Shown: piece after piece, positions 29,453 through 40,299 of the stretch | How the letters are laid out: each line of letters starts with the position of its first letter | Position numbering within the stretch: position 1 is the first letter of the stretch | Assembly (NCBI GenBank): GCA_024998755.1 | Contig: JACEUU010000003.1 | Span: forward strand, 1,417,601 to 1,481,600 | Reading direction: 5' to 3' | From: Vampirovibrio sp. | Lineage (GTDB): Bacteria > Cyanobacteriota > Vampirovibrionia > Vampirovibrionales > JAJTHC01 | Length of the DNA: 64,000 nucleotides | The notes under the pieces: generated by a model | What the model was told of the DNA's origin: nothing | What the model saw: only the letters and a program-made list of their open reading frames with translations | Database searches by the model: none | Made by a program: the position numbers and the translations under genes

Positions 29453-30499
29453 ATGGGGAAAAATAGGGATATCACTAACCATATGATCCATTTTTTTGAT
29501 AACTTTCAACAGCAGAATAACGATTTTAAAGAACTTTATACCACTATCAATCAAGAAAGTTCTTTGACGGTTGATTTTTTTGTTTTATGTACCTTATCCG
29601 CTGCAATCGCTTCATTAGGGTTATTAATTAACAGTGTTGCTATTATTATTGGAGCCATGATTTTAGCCCCTTTAATGTCTCCTATTTTGGGTATTTCTTT
29701 TTCAGGGCTTTTTTCAAGACGCTCTTTATTGGTTCGTTCTTTTTTTACGTTAATGATTGGCATTATTATTGCGTGTAGTGTTTCTGCCTTAGTAGCTTTG
29801 GTTTTTAAAGGTGTGGGTGTAACGCCTGAAATTTTAGCAAGAACAAAACCCACCATTATGGATTTAATGGTGGCTTTAGCAGCGGGCTTTTTGGGGGGCT
29901 ATGTAAAAATAAGAAAGTCTCTTTCTGCTTCTGTTTCAGGCGTGGCTATTGCTATTTCTTTGATGCCTCCGTTATGCGTAACAGGTATAGGCTTAACATT
30001 AGGCTTGCCTAATATTTTTATTGGTTCAGCTTTGTTGTTTGTTGTTAATTTAGTGGCTATTGTATTCTCTGGTTTCTTAGCCTTTAGCTTAGTTGATATC
30101 CAGTATTTTAAAAAGAATGGTAAAACCTTACTTTCTCCCATTGTGGTGGGTTTGCTATTGGTAATACCCTTAGTTTTTAATTTTCAAGCGATGATTAAGG
30201 AAAGTAGACTAAAACGTGAAGTAGCCCTATTTTTTAAGAATGACACGTTAACCTTTCGCGATACCACCATTTCTAAAATCACTGTGGATGTTTTTGCCAA
30301 GCCTACGTTGGTTACTGTTACTGTAGACACGACCACTTCAACCATTAGTGAAAAGCAGGTCCATTTAGTAAAAGAATATTTAAGTAAAAAAGTGGGTTCA
30401 TCTATCAACCTTATTGTTAATTTAAACCCTGTTATACAGGTAGTAGACTTGGATGATAATCCGATATTATTTACTATACCTTCGTTTATGACCGAATAA
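29453..30499 (+). CDS. DUF389 / TIGR00341-family membrane protein
   Basis: IA.LGLL.NS.A.IIGAM..APLM.PI, E..ART.P...DL.VALA.G and GVAIA.SLMPPL motifs. Confidence 0.88.
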   Translation: MGKNRDITNHMIHFFDNFQQQNNDFKELYTTINQESSLTVDFFVLCTLSAAIASLGLLINSVAIIIGAMILAPLMSPILGISFSGLFSRRSLLVRSFFTLMIGIIIACSVSALVALVFKGVGVTPEILARTKPTIMDLMVALAAGFLGGYVKIRKSLSASVSGVAIAISLMPPLCVTGIGLTLGLPNIFIGSALLFVVNLVAIVFSGFLAFSLVDIQYFKKNGKTLLSPIVVGLLLVIPLVFNFQAMIKESRLKREVALFFKNDTLTFRDTTISKITVDVFAKPTLVTVTVDTTTSTISEKQVHLVKEYLSKKVGSSINLIVNLNPVIQVVDLDDNPILFTIPSFMTE

Positions 30500-30521
30500 T
30501 GAAAGAGGAAACGCTCTATAT

Positions 30522-31787
30522 ATGTCCACTTCCCACGCCCAAATTTCGATGCCCGCCCTGTTGTTTTTAATGGGTGGCGTGTTATTGTTAATCGCTCTGG
30601 GTAGCCAAAGCTTCAAAAAACGAGGGCTTTCCCCCGTCGTTGGCGAAATGCTAGTAGGTATGGCGATTGGTCCTTTCGGTTTCGGGTGGCTTCAGCCCAA
30701 CATCGTGCTTCATGTACTGGCGGAACTTGGCTTAGTATTTCTACTACTTGAAACAGGGTTAGAAACGCAATTAGCAAGCCTATGGGCTGCGGGTAAATCT
30801 TCATTAAAAGTAGCCATTATTGGGGTTGTTTTACCCTTTGTTTTAGGTACAGGCATTGGGCTAGCGTTTCAGTTGCCCCTATTAACCGCCGTTTTGGTGG
30901 GGGCAACCCTTTCCGCTACCAGTATTGGCATTACCGCCAAAGCCCTGCAGGAATTAGACTTGCAGAATCGCCCAGAAACGGCGATTATTCTGGGTGCAGC
31001 GGTGATAGATGACGTGCTGGGCTTGCTGATTTTAGCCCTACTTCAAGGCTTGTTTTCATCGGCAGAAAGCGGTGCGGAAATCGTTTTTTCACTGGCTAAT
31101 TTAACGCCTTTATTGGGTATTATAACCCTTCTTGCTATCGGCTATTTTGGTAGAAACTGGCTATTAACCGCTGTTTTACCGCAGATTGTTCGGATAGGGC
31201 AGTGGTTCACCAAAAAATTAGTCGTCCCCAAAGATGGGTCTGCCAAAGAGGTGTTCATTTTAATTGGCGGTATGTTGTGCTTGTTGGCGGGGTTAAATCA
31301 AACCATTGGGCTTTCTACGGCGTTGGGGGGCTTTATGGTGGGGCTAGCCCTGCAAGAATGGAGTAAAAACGAACCTCGGTTACAGCCTGTGGTGCAGGAA
31401 GTGGGCGTGGTGGGTAGTTTAATCATTCCCTTTGCCTTTGTGAATTTGGGTATGCAACTCAACTGGAAGCAGCTTGTTCCGGTTGATGCTAGCGTGTTTA
31501 GCCCTACCTTGTTGTGGGTGGCGTTGGGCATTACGGTTGTTGCCTTTATTAGTAAGTATTTGGCGGGGTTTGCCGTGCCGAAAGCCAACGAAATTAATCG
31601 GTCGTTAATTGGGCTGGGTATGATTCCCCGAGGGGAAGTGGGATTAATTTTTGTTCAAGTCGGGTTAAGTGTTGGTGCGTTGACTGATTTTTGGGCGAAT
31701 GTGTTGGTGTTGGCGGTTTGTATTTCTACGCTAATTCCGCCGATTTTGCTTAAGTTGGCGGTTAAAGCGGAAAAGAAGCAATCATGA
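30522..31787 (+). CDS. Cation:proton antiporter (CPA2, NapA/Kef-like)
   Basis: P.VVGE.L.G..IGP, LAELG..FLL..GLE, ATSIGI, GAAV.DD and GMIPRGEVGL motifs. Confidence 0.92.
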   Translation: MSTSHAQISMPALLFLMGGVLLLIALGSQSFKKRGLSPVVGEMLVGMAIGPFGFGWLQPNIVLHVLAELGLVFLLLETGLETQLASLWAAGKSSLKVAIIGVVLPFVLGTGIGLAFQLPLLTAVLVGATLSATSIGITAKALQELDLQNRPETAIILGAAVIDDVLGLLILALLQGLFSSAESGAEIVFSLANLTPLLGIITLLAIGYFGRNWLLTAVLPQIVRIGQWFTKKLVVPKDGSAKEVFILIGGMLCLLAGLNQTIGLSTALGGFMVGLALQEWSKNEPRLQPVVQEVGVVGSLIIPFAFVNLGMQLNWKQLVPVDASVFSPTLLWVALGITVVAFISKYLAGFAVPKANEINRSLIGLGMIPRGEVGLIFVQVGLSVGALTDFWANVLVLAVCISTLIPPILLKLAVKAEKKQS

Positions 31788-32059
31788 ATAGTATTTTCTC
31801 AAGTCGATTGTCGTTCCTAGCTTTAGCTGGTGGGCGTCAAGGGGGTTCTTGTTCGAGAACCCCCTTAACAATCCCCCACGAACTTAGGGGTAAACCCCTA
31901 AGAACCCCCAAAAAGCCACCCCTCTATGCCACAAGGGCATTGACGAGGGGATGTTCTTTTTGCCCCTTCGGTGGACGGAACGCATCGACGACTGCAGAGC
32001 AAACGCGATGGTCGTTCCTACCAGTTGGTCAATTTTTACGTTATTAAAGGTTTAATGGG
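31786..32059 (+). mobile_element. Family-1 repeat (copy K)
   Basis: Family-1 interior with degenerate TIRs, starting at the antiporter stop codon. Confidence 0.85.
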
Positions 32060-32070
32060 ACTCAGTCATC

Positions 32071-32466
32071 ATGAAAAATAAACCCCTACACCCTGTTGCG
32101 GATTTGGAACAGATTTTAACCCATCTGCGGGCGTTTTATTTCCCGAAAGACCCGGCATCGGCGGATTTATACACTAGGCTCAATGAAGCCAGAACGTGGT
32201 TTAACGCTAACGTGCAAGGGTTTACGATGATTTTGGAAGATGTTTGGAATGAAACAGCCGAAGACCAAACCACGATAGACTACCAATTGCGAAGCCTTAC
32301 CACCAAAGATGAAAGCCCTCCGTTAGCTAGCGATGTTTATGCCAATAGACGGGATGCCAACGGTGTTTGGCATTTAGAGGCTTATCAGCACTCTGTTTTA
32401 TTTCTGGATGCTGAGCTTTCAATGGTGCGGTCTTTCCTACTGGCAAATGCCCCAAAGTGTAACTAA
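32071..32466 (+). CDS. Hypothetical protein
   Basis: 131-aa ORF. No recognised motif. Confidence 0.6.
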   Translation: MKNKPLHPVADLEQILTHLRAFYFPKDPASADLYTRLNEARTWFNANVQGFTMILEDVWNETAEDQTTIDYQLRSLTTKDESPPLASDVYANRRDANGVWHLEAYQHSVLFLDAELSMVRSFLLANAPKCN

Positions 32467-32530
32467 TTTTAGTTGTGTTTTTTTGAAAACTATGCCATAC
32501 TAAGTTTAGTTACAGAAAAAAAGAGGTTTT

Positions 32531-32779
32531 ATGTCCAAACAAGCCAAATTATTGGAAAAACTCAAAAATAATTCAGCCCTAAAATGGGACGAACTGGCAA
32601 CGCTGTTGAAGTCTCTTGGGTTTGAACTAATCCACGGGGCAGGGTCTCGACGGAAATTTTGGCATCAATCTTCTAATACATTAATTAACTTACATCAACC
32701 ACACCCACAACCCGAACTCAAAAGGTATCAGAAAACATTGGTGCTTGAAGCCCTACAAAACGGAGGTTTTCTATCATGA
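32531..32779 (+). CDS. hicA: HicA-family toxin (mRNA interferase)
   Basis: W.EL..LL..LGF...GAGSR..F and LHQPHP motifs. GAGG RBS. Confidence 0.88.
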   Translation: MSKQAKLLEKLKNNSALKWDELATLLKSLGFELIHGAGSRRKFWHQSSNTLINLHQPHPQPELKRYQKTLVLEALQNGGFLS

Positions 32780-33132
32780 AGTCAGATTTTTTAACCCACA
32801 AAGGGTATTCTGGGTCAGTTTCTTATTCTGCCGATGACAACTGCTTATTTGGCAAAATAGAATTTATTAAAGATTTAGTTACTTATGAAGGCGAAACCGT
32901 TGCCCAAGTGAAAGTGGCATTTGTTGAAGCGGTGGAAGATTATTTAGCCACCTGCGAAACCTTGGGTAAAGAGCCTGAACAACCGTTTAAAGGGGTTTTT
33001 CAAGTTCGTACCAGCCCAGAGGTGCATCGGCAATTAGCTTTTTTCGCCAAGCATTCTGAAAAAAACTTGAATGAATTAGCCAATGAAGCGTTTCAGCAAT
33101 ATTTAAATCAACAGAAGCTAAAGCAACCCTAG
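32776..33132 (+). CDS. hicB: HicB-family antitoxin
   Basis: KGY.GSV.YS..D..LFGKI, F.EAVEDYL, FKG.F.VR..PE.HR.LA. ATGA overlap with hicA. Confidence 0.9.
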   Translation: MKSDFLTHKGYSGSVSYSADDNCLFGKIEFIKDLVTYEGETVAQVKVAFVEAVEDYLATCETLGKEPEQPFKGVFQVRTSPEVHRQLAFFAKHSEKNLNELANEAFQQYLNQQKLKQP

Positions 33133-33264
33133 CCCCCCTGTTTATTACGGATTTCTTATGTTTTCCAGTCCGAAGGTTTCCTTCAATGCTATAATTAAAA
33201 CCGTACACTATTGATACCTTGTTCTATCATTTGTTTCCTGTTGTTTTAGAAAAGTGAGACCTTT

Positions 33265-34860
33265 ATGCCTGCTGTAACCCCTCAAATCCTCGTTTCAGAT
33301 AAATGCCCTACCAATGTGGATGTTACCACCGTTCTCGTTCCCGTTTGGGGAGCAGAAGCCCCAGCAGATAAAAAATCTGAAGACGCTCCCAAGCCCGCCC
33401 TACCAGAATCCAAAGCCCTAAGCTGCATGGCAGAAGGCATGGGTTTACCCATTTATGCAATCGCCGCAGAAGAAAAATTCACCGGCACGCTAGCTAAAAC
33501 CCTCGTCTTTCGTATGCCCGAAAGCACAGACCACAAAATTAAACGGGTTGTACTACTAGGCTTAGGCGAAGCCAAAAAACTAACCCTTGGTAAGCTAACC
33601 ATGGCTATTGCCAGCGGGCTAAAAGCCATTCAAGGCTGGGATGAAGACCTTCAAAAAGTCGGCATTTCCCTACCAAAACCTTACGAACTTTTCGGTGGGT
33701 CTTTACATACGGCTGAACCGCTTAAAACCAGCATCACCACAGAAGAAATTACGCTAGCCGTAACCCGTGGCGTGTTTGCCGTAACCTACAAAGCGTTAGA
33801 AGCCAAAAAGCCCGCCAAGCCCTTTGCTAAATTGGTTTACCTAACCCCTGAAGTAGCCACGGTTGAACAAACCTTACCATTAGCGATTGCCTTGAATGAA
33901 GGGCGTTCGCTAACCAAAGATTTAGTGAATATGCCCGCCAACACCAAAACGACGCAATCGTTGGTGGATGCGGCAAAATCTATTGCTGATGAGTTCGCTT
34001 CGGTTGATATTACGGTGGTGGATGACGTAGCTTGGATTGAAAAAGAAATGCCCTGTTTCTACCAAGTTGCTCGTGGTAGCGTTGCAACCGACCCGCCAAA
34101 ATGGATTCACTTGGTTTACAAGGGTGCGAACCCGACTCGGAAAATTGCCTTGGTTGGTAAATCGGTCATTTTTGATACGGGCGGATACCAAGTTAAACCG
34201 GGGGATTCCATGGTTACCATGAAGGGTGATATGGCAGGTGGTGCAAGCGTTTTAGGTACTCTAAGAACGATTGCGAAAGTAGCCCCTGCTCATTTGGAAT
34301 TGCACGTTTTCCTAGCAGCTACCCCCAACAAAATTGATAGCGATGCGATGGTGCCAGACTCTATCGTGAACACCACTTGCGGAAAAACCGTGGAAATTCG
34401 TCATACAGATGCGGAAGGGCGTTTGACTTTAATTGACGCCGTAACCTTAGCTTGCAAGCAAGAACCTGAAGCGATTGTAACCGTTGCCACCTTAACGGGT
34501 GCAGCCATGATGGCGGTGGGTAGAACGATTGCCTTAATGAGCAATTGCCCTGTTTGGGGCGATTTAGTTCACGCTGGGGCGGTTGTTGCGGGTGAACCCG
34601 TTCAAGCGTTGACGGTTACCCCTGAAGATTTTGAAAACATACAATCTAAAGCCGAAGGGGCGGATTTACGCAACACCAACAAAGGCAGAACCCGTGGGGC
34701 TCAAACTGCGGCGGCGTTTGTGATGGAAGGTGCGGATGAGGGTGTTCCGTTGGTTCACTTGGATATTGCGGGTGCGGATATGACGGATGACGAAAAAGCA
34801 ACTGCTTATTCTGTTGGTTCGCTCGTCCATTTCTTATTGGCTTTACCCGCCCAGAAATAG
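33265..34860 (+). CDS. pepA: Leucyl aminopeptidase (M17 family)
   Basis: VGK...FDTGG..VKP...M..MK.DM.GGA and (H)TDAEGRL.L.DA metal-binding motifs, ATLTGA, HLDIAG. Confidence 0.92.
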   Translation: MPAVTPQILVSDKCPTNVDVTTVLVPVWGAEAPADKKSEDAPKPALPESKALSCMAEGMGLPIYAIAAEEKFTGTLAKTLVFRMPESTDHKIKRVVLLGLGEAKKLTLGKLTMAIASGLKAIQGWDEDLQKVGISLPKPYELFGGSLHTAEPLKTSITTEEITLAVTRGVFAVTYKALEAKKPAKPFAKLVYLTPEVATVEQTLPLAIALNEGRSLTKDLVNMPANTKTTQSLVDAAKSIADEFASVDITVVDDVAWIEKEMPCFYQVARGSVATDPPKWIHLVYKGANPTRKIALVGKSVIFDTGGYQVKPGDSMVTMKGDMAGGASVLGTLRTIAKVAPAHLELHVFLAATPNKIDSDAMVPDSIVNTTCGKTVEIRHTDAEGRLTLIDAVTLACKQEPEAIVTVATLTGAAMMAVGRTIALMSNCPVWGDLVHAGAVVAGEPVQALTVTPEDFENIQSKAEGADLRNTNKGRTRGAQTAAAFVMEGADEGVPLVHLDIAGADMTDDEKATAYSVGSLVHFLLALPAQK

Positions 34861-34954
34861 GGTTTATCCAACTGAAAAATTTGAGAGAGAGAAGCGGTTT
34901 CGTAACCACTTCTCTCTTTTCTTTTATCGATGATTGCTTCGGGCTAAGGTGGAT

Positions 34955-35165
34955 GCGTCAGGGGGACTGGCGTCAGCCCCCCTAACAACCCCCACCGCTT
35001 AAGGGGCAGTTCGCCACCCCCTTAAGAAACCCCAGGGGAACAACTGGTTAATTGGCTTACATGTACGTTGAAAATAGGCTTGAGCGGAAGCTAGAGGCTC
35101 CCTAAATGCTCTGCTTCGCTACGCTCGCACCAGCCTATCTCCAACTGCATATGGTTCGAAGCTAA
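34955..35165 (+). repeat. Structured repeat, family 2 (copy 2)
   Basis: The 61-bp core 35076-35136 is identical to 10946-11006. Confidence 0.8.
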
Positions 35166-35179
35166 ACATTTTAGAACTT

Positions 35180-35460
35180 TTCAAAGATTAAATGACTTAC
35201 CAACCAGTAGGAACGACCATCGCGTTTGCTCTGCAGCCGCCGATGCGTTCCGTCCACCGAAGGGGCAAAAAGAACATCCCGCCGTCAATGCCCTTCTGGT
35301 GGCATAGGCGGGTGGCTTTTTGGGGGTCTTTAGGGGCTTGCCCCTGAATTCGTGGGGGATTGTTAAGGGGGTGCACGAACAGGCACCCCCTTAACGCCCA
35401 CCAGCTAAAGACGCAAACGACAATCGATGATAGAACAAGTTGTTCAATCTTTGAATTGGC
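35180..35460 (-). mobile_element. Family-1 repeat (copy L)
   Basis: TTCAAAGATTAAATGAC ... GTTGTTCAATCTTTGAATTGG TIR remnants plus the family-1 interior. Confidence 0.87.
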
Positions 35461-35475
35461 GTTAGTATAGGATTA

Positions 35476-36675
35476 TTACCCAGCGACAGCTGCGGTCTTC
35501 ATATCAAACCGAACGCCAGCAGTTTTCATCCGCTCTAACACTTCGGTCAATTTCGCTTCAGGCACAGTTAACGCCACACGGAAGAACCCTTCCCCTTGCG
35601 ACCCATACCCCGTACCAGGAGGCACCACCACACCACATTTTTCTAACAAGAAGGTTACAAATTCCACGCTGGTAAACCCAGTAGGCACAGGCAACCACAA
35701 ATAGAAGGTGGCTTCAGGCATCGCCAAGTTCCAGCCTAATTCCCGCAACCCATTTACAAATAAGGTTCTACGGCTACCATAAATTTCATTTAAGCCAGCA
35801 GTCAGCTGGGCAGATTGGTTTAAGCCTGCAGCCCCAGCCCGTTGAATGGCTTTAAACACGCCACTATCGGTATTGTTTTTTACGGTCGCTAGCGGACGAA
35901 TTAAATCCGCATTCCCTGCGGCAAACCCAATTCTCCACCCTGTCATGTTGTACATTTTAGACAGAGAGAAAAACTCGACGCAAACATCTTTTGCTCCTTC
36001 AACGGCTAAGAAACTTGGGGCTTGGTAGCCATCGTAAGTCATCTCGCTATAAGCGTTATCATGGCAAAGTACAATATCATATTGTTTGCAGAAGGCAATC
36101 GCTTTTTTAATGAAGGCTTCCGTGCAAACCGCCCCTGTGGGGTTGTTGGGGTAGTTGAGGAAAAGCAATTTCGTGCGTTTAGCAATATCTTCAGGAATGG
36201 CGTCTAAATCTGGCAAGAAGCCGTTTTCAGCCAACAACGGAAGGGTATAGGGTTCGCCACCAACTAATAGGGTGTAATTGTTGTATACAGGGTAGCCGGG
36301 GGAAGGGCAAAGCACGACATCGCCTGCTTCAACGTAGGCTAAAATCATGTGGGCTAAGCCTTCTTTAGAGCCAATTAAGCTGAGAATTTCGCCTTTTTTG
36401 GCTTCTACGCTAACACCGAAGCGGGTTTGCATCCAGTTTTCGGCGGCGGTCATTAATTCAATATTGCCTTGGTTGGATGGGTAGTTGTGGGTATCGGGGT
36501 CTTGAACGCCGGCAATAAGGGCATCTACAATGGGCTGAGGGGTCGGTAGGTCAGGGTCGCCAATGCCAAGGCTAATAATATCCACGCCTTTGGCTCGGGC
36601 TTCAGATACTTTACGATCAATTTCGGTAAATAAATAGGGGGGTAATAAGCCTAATTTTTTGGATGGTGTTGGCAT
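35476..36675 (-). CDS. dapL: LL-diaminopimelate aminotransferase
   Basis: LPPYLF, LGIGDPD.PTP, GSKEG, LNYPNNPTGA, HDNAYSE, SLSK.YNMTGWRIG, DSGVF.AIQ, GEG.FR.AL. Confidence 0.9.
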   Translation of the reverse strand: MPTPSKKLGLLPPYLFTEIDRKVSEARAKGVDIISLGIGDPDLPTPQPIVDALIAGVQDPDTHNYPSNQGNIELMTAAENWMQTRFGVSVEAKKGEILSLIGSKEGLAHMILAYVEAGDVVLCPSPGYPVYNNYTLLVGGEPYTLPLLAENGFLPDLDAIPEDIAKRTKLLFLNYPNNPTGAVCTEAFIKKAIAFCKQYDIVLCHDNAYSEMTYDGYQAPSFLAVEGAKDVCVEFFSLSKMYNMTGWRIGFAAGNADLIRPLATVKNNTDSGVFKAIQRAGAAGLNQSAQLTAGLNEIYGSRRTLFVNGLRELGWNLAMPEATFYLWLPVPTGFTSVEFVTFLLEKCGVVVPPGTGYGSQGEGFFRVALTVPEAKLTEVLERMKTAGVRFDMKTAAVAG

Positions 36676-36870
36676 GGTGAATCAAAATCCTTACTAATTA
36701 ATACAACAGTGAAAGGGGTAACGACAAATAATACTATCTGTCATTAAACCAAAAACGCATCTTAAAAAAAACCCCTTGGGCTCTAAATTTATTACTTCAG
36801 CGTTTAAATAGCGATTTCTCTCATCGATTGTCGTTTTCGTCTTTCGCTGGTTGGTTTGTCAGTATCTGTG

Positions 36871-37794
<924 letters not shown>

Positions 37795-37820
37795 GGTAGG
37801 ATTTCCTTTGGTAGAAAAAT

Positions 37821-37965
37821 AGGGATTTGGATTTAGCCTTATGGTACGAACGTTAGAGTTCGGGCATCTGTTCAAATGGCATCCCTTGTAAAACGGTGCT
37901 AGTGATCTTGCTGACAATCGGTTGTTTGGAGCCGAGGGGAATGGACGATCGACTAGCACCGTTTT
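37821..37965 (-). ncRNA. Predicted IS110 bridge RNA, copy 2
   Basis: Reverse complement of 5379-5523, with identical guide segments. Confidence 0.82.
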
Positions 37966-38077
37966 ATTCTACCAACACATAAGGGGGTTGCCAAACCGCA
38001 CCCCCCTGACAAACTAACCAGCAAAAAACGGTAGCGACAATCGATAAGAGACACGCTATTCAATCTATGAATGGGAA

Positions 38078-40189
38078 TTAAAACAACTCTGTTGGGTGTT
38101 GCGGATGAGCCACTGGCTGCTGCTGTTGCTGAAAAGTTTCACCCTCTTTCACCACAGATTTTATGGGTTGCGTTAACATCAACGCAGGGTACGCCTTGGC
38201 TTGCTGATTTCTTTTATATAACTTCGCTTGCTGAAGCCCTGTACTTTCTGAAATAAACGACCCCTTCAACGGTGCTAATATTGAAGCCCGATGCACGGGT
38301 GTAATGCCCTCAATTTCGATAGATTCTCCGACTCTGTCATTCAATTGTTTCAGCATCGTTGCCTTTGAAAACGATTGCGGTATGCTGTTTTCGCTTAAAT
38401 CTGCCCGTTGCCCGTGGTTGGGTTGCCCGTGTTGGGTTGAAGCGGCAACTTGTCCGTTATCGTCTAACCATTGCGGGGTGATGATAATGACCAATTCTGT
38501 TTTGCTACTATTGGGGTTTTGTCCTTTAAATAACGCCCCTAAAATAGGTAAATCTGCCAAGCCGGGTATTTTATTGAATGCACTTTGGCTAAGGGTTTGC
38601 GTCAGCCCGCCTAACACGAAGCTTTCGCCGGCTTTTAGCACCACGTTTTGAGCCACCAATTCCCTGCGGGAAATAAGCCGAATATTACTAGCCCCTCCGC
38701 TGGAAGGTTGCGGAAACGAAATAACGGGGTTCACCCGCAAACTAACTTCACCTGTTGCCCCTAGCTTGGGTAGTACGTTTAGCACAATACCGGCATTTAC
38801 CACGGTGGCTACTCTGGCGATTGTTGCCCCTGTTTGGTTGGTTACGGTTCTAAAGCCTTGTATAACTTCATCTACAATATTGATAATTGATTCTTGGTTG
38901 TGTGAAGCAATAATGCTAGGGTTGGAAAGCACTTTAAGCTTGCGTTGTTGGTCTAACAGCGTTAATCTAGCGGTTAGTTGACTTGAAGGCTGTATGGGCG
39001 ACCGGTTATAGGCGGCGTAAGGCCCTGCAGAATCAAACCCCAACCCTACTTTTCCATTAATGACGCTAGAGATATTGGGGTTTAGCAGTTTTTCTGTCCC
39101 TTCAGAAACTTCTAACACGGAAACATCTAGCTTAATTTGTTGGCTTTTACGGTCTAGCGTTTCTAGTGCAATGCTGACTTGGTCTAACTGTTGGGGTGTG
39201 CCCATTACCGTTAGCGTGTTTAGCCTAGAATCTGGCAGTAAAATAGGACCATTGCCGGTAATGGTTATTTGTCCTTCGGCTTGGGTTTGGGTTCTAACCG
39301 TGAATATTTTGTTGGTGGAACTGCCGCTAGTACCGCTTGAAAGGGGTGTTAAGGCAGAACCGCCAGTGCCTTCGGTCATAGTTTCTGTTTTGATGGGTAT
39401 CACACTGCCGCTGGTTGCTGTGCCACTGCTTCCACCACCACCACTTCCAGCATTACTAACAGGGGTGGCAGATGAATTATCGTTAAACACGGAACTGGCT
39501 AAAAAGCTGGCAACTTCTACACTATTGGCGTAGCTTAAGTGCCATGTTTTGCTTTGCCTTGGTTTGTCAATTTCGGCAATAAGGCTTTCTGCTAGTAGTA
39601 GTTCGGTTAAATCGCCTTTTAAAATCAGGCTATTGCTGTTAGTATCGGCTATTACACTGCTGGTAGAAGTTTGATTATTACCAGTACTAGCAGCAGCTGA
39701 AGTTGTTGAAGACGATGTTGACGAACTACTGCCTCTTTGCAAGGTTTGGTTTACTAATTGAGCCACCATACCGGCTTGGGTGTAGCGTAAGTGAATAATG
39801 CGGGCTTGTTGTTGTTCTAGGGCTTGGGCAATGGCACTATCTCGTTTACTTACCATGAGTGTGCCGTTGTGTAGGCTGTAGTGTAGTTGCCCTACTCGTT
39901 TTAGGGCTAGTAGTACTTGTTCTAGGGGTACATCGGTAAATTCAATTGAAATTCGGTCGGTAATGGTGGCATCTACCACCACGTTGAACTGGCTTTCCAA
40001 TGCGAGTGCTTTGAGTGCTTGCACCATGGGCACATTTTGAAAGGAGATGCTGACCATGCGTTTGCCTTGGGGCAATTGTAAACCTAGGGCTTGTTGGGTT
40101 GTGGCAACATTGCCGATAGGGTCTGCTTGGGCAAAGAGGGTTTTATGAGCAGTCCCAAAAAGAAGGAGAGTTAACAACCCCATAGTCAT
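38078..40189 (-). CDS. Secretin (GspD/PilQ family) #2
   Basis: Signal peptide from ATG 40189, N-domains (ISISFQNVP, HLRY..A, .NSLI), secretin domain (LSNPSI, KIPGLADLPILG.LF, ELVIIITP). Confidence 0.9.
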   Translation of the reverse strand: MTMGLLTLLLFGTAHKTLFAQADPIGNVATTQQALGLQLPQGKRMVSISFQNVPMVQALKALALESQFNVVVDATITDRISIEFTDVPLEQVLLALKRVGQLHYSLHNGTLMVSKRDSAIAQALEQQQARIIHLRYTQAGMVAQLVNQTLQRGSSSSTSSSTTSAAASTGNNQTSTSSVIADTNSNSLILKGDLTELLLAESLIAEIDKPRQSKTWHLSYANSVEVASFLASSVFNDNSSATPVSNAGSGGGGSSGTATSGSVIPIKTETMTEGTGGSALTPLSSGTSGSSTNKIFTVRTQTQAEGQITITGNGPILLPDSRLNTLTVMGTPQQLDQVSIALETLDRKSQQIKLDVSVLEVSEGTEKLLNPNISSVINGKVGLGFDSAGPYAAYNRSPIQPSSQLTARLTLLDQQRKLKVLSNPSIIASHNQESIINIVDEVIQGFRTVTNQTGATIARVATVVNAGIVLNVLPKLGATGEVSLRVNPVISFPQPSSGGASNIRLISRRELVAQNVVLKAGESFVLGGLTQTLSQSAFNKIPGLADLPILGALFKGQNPNSSKTELVIIITPQWLDDNGQVAASTQHGQPNHGQRADLSENSIPQSFSKATMLKQLNDRVGESIEIEGITPVHRASILAPLKGSFISESTGLQQAKLYKRNQQAKAYPALMLTQPIKSVVKEGETFQQQQQPVAHPQHPTELF

Positions 40190-40204
40190 TGTAACCTTGG
40201 AAGC

Positions 40205-40268
40205 GGATGCGATAAATCGCACCCCTACAGTCGATTTTCTTTGTAGGGGCTGGTCTCTGTGCCAGCCC
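40205..40268. repeat. Inverted REP doublet (GTAGGG family)
   Basis: GGATGCGATAAATCGCACCCCTAC ... GTAGGGGCTGGTCTCTGTGCCAGCCC. The first unit is identical to 49109-49132. Confidence 0.8.
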
Positions 40269-40299
40269 GTTTTTTTAGCAAATAACTGTTTCTTCATCC

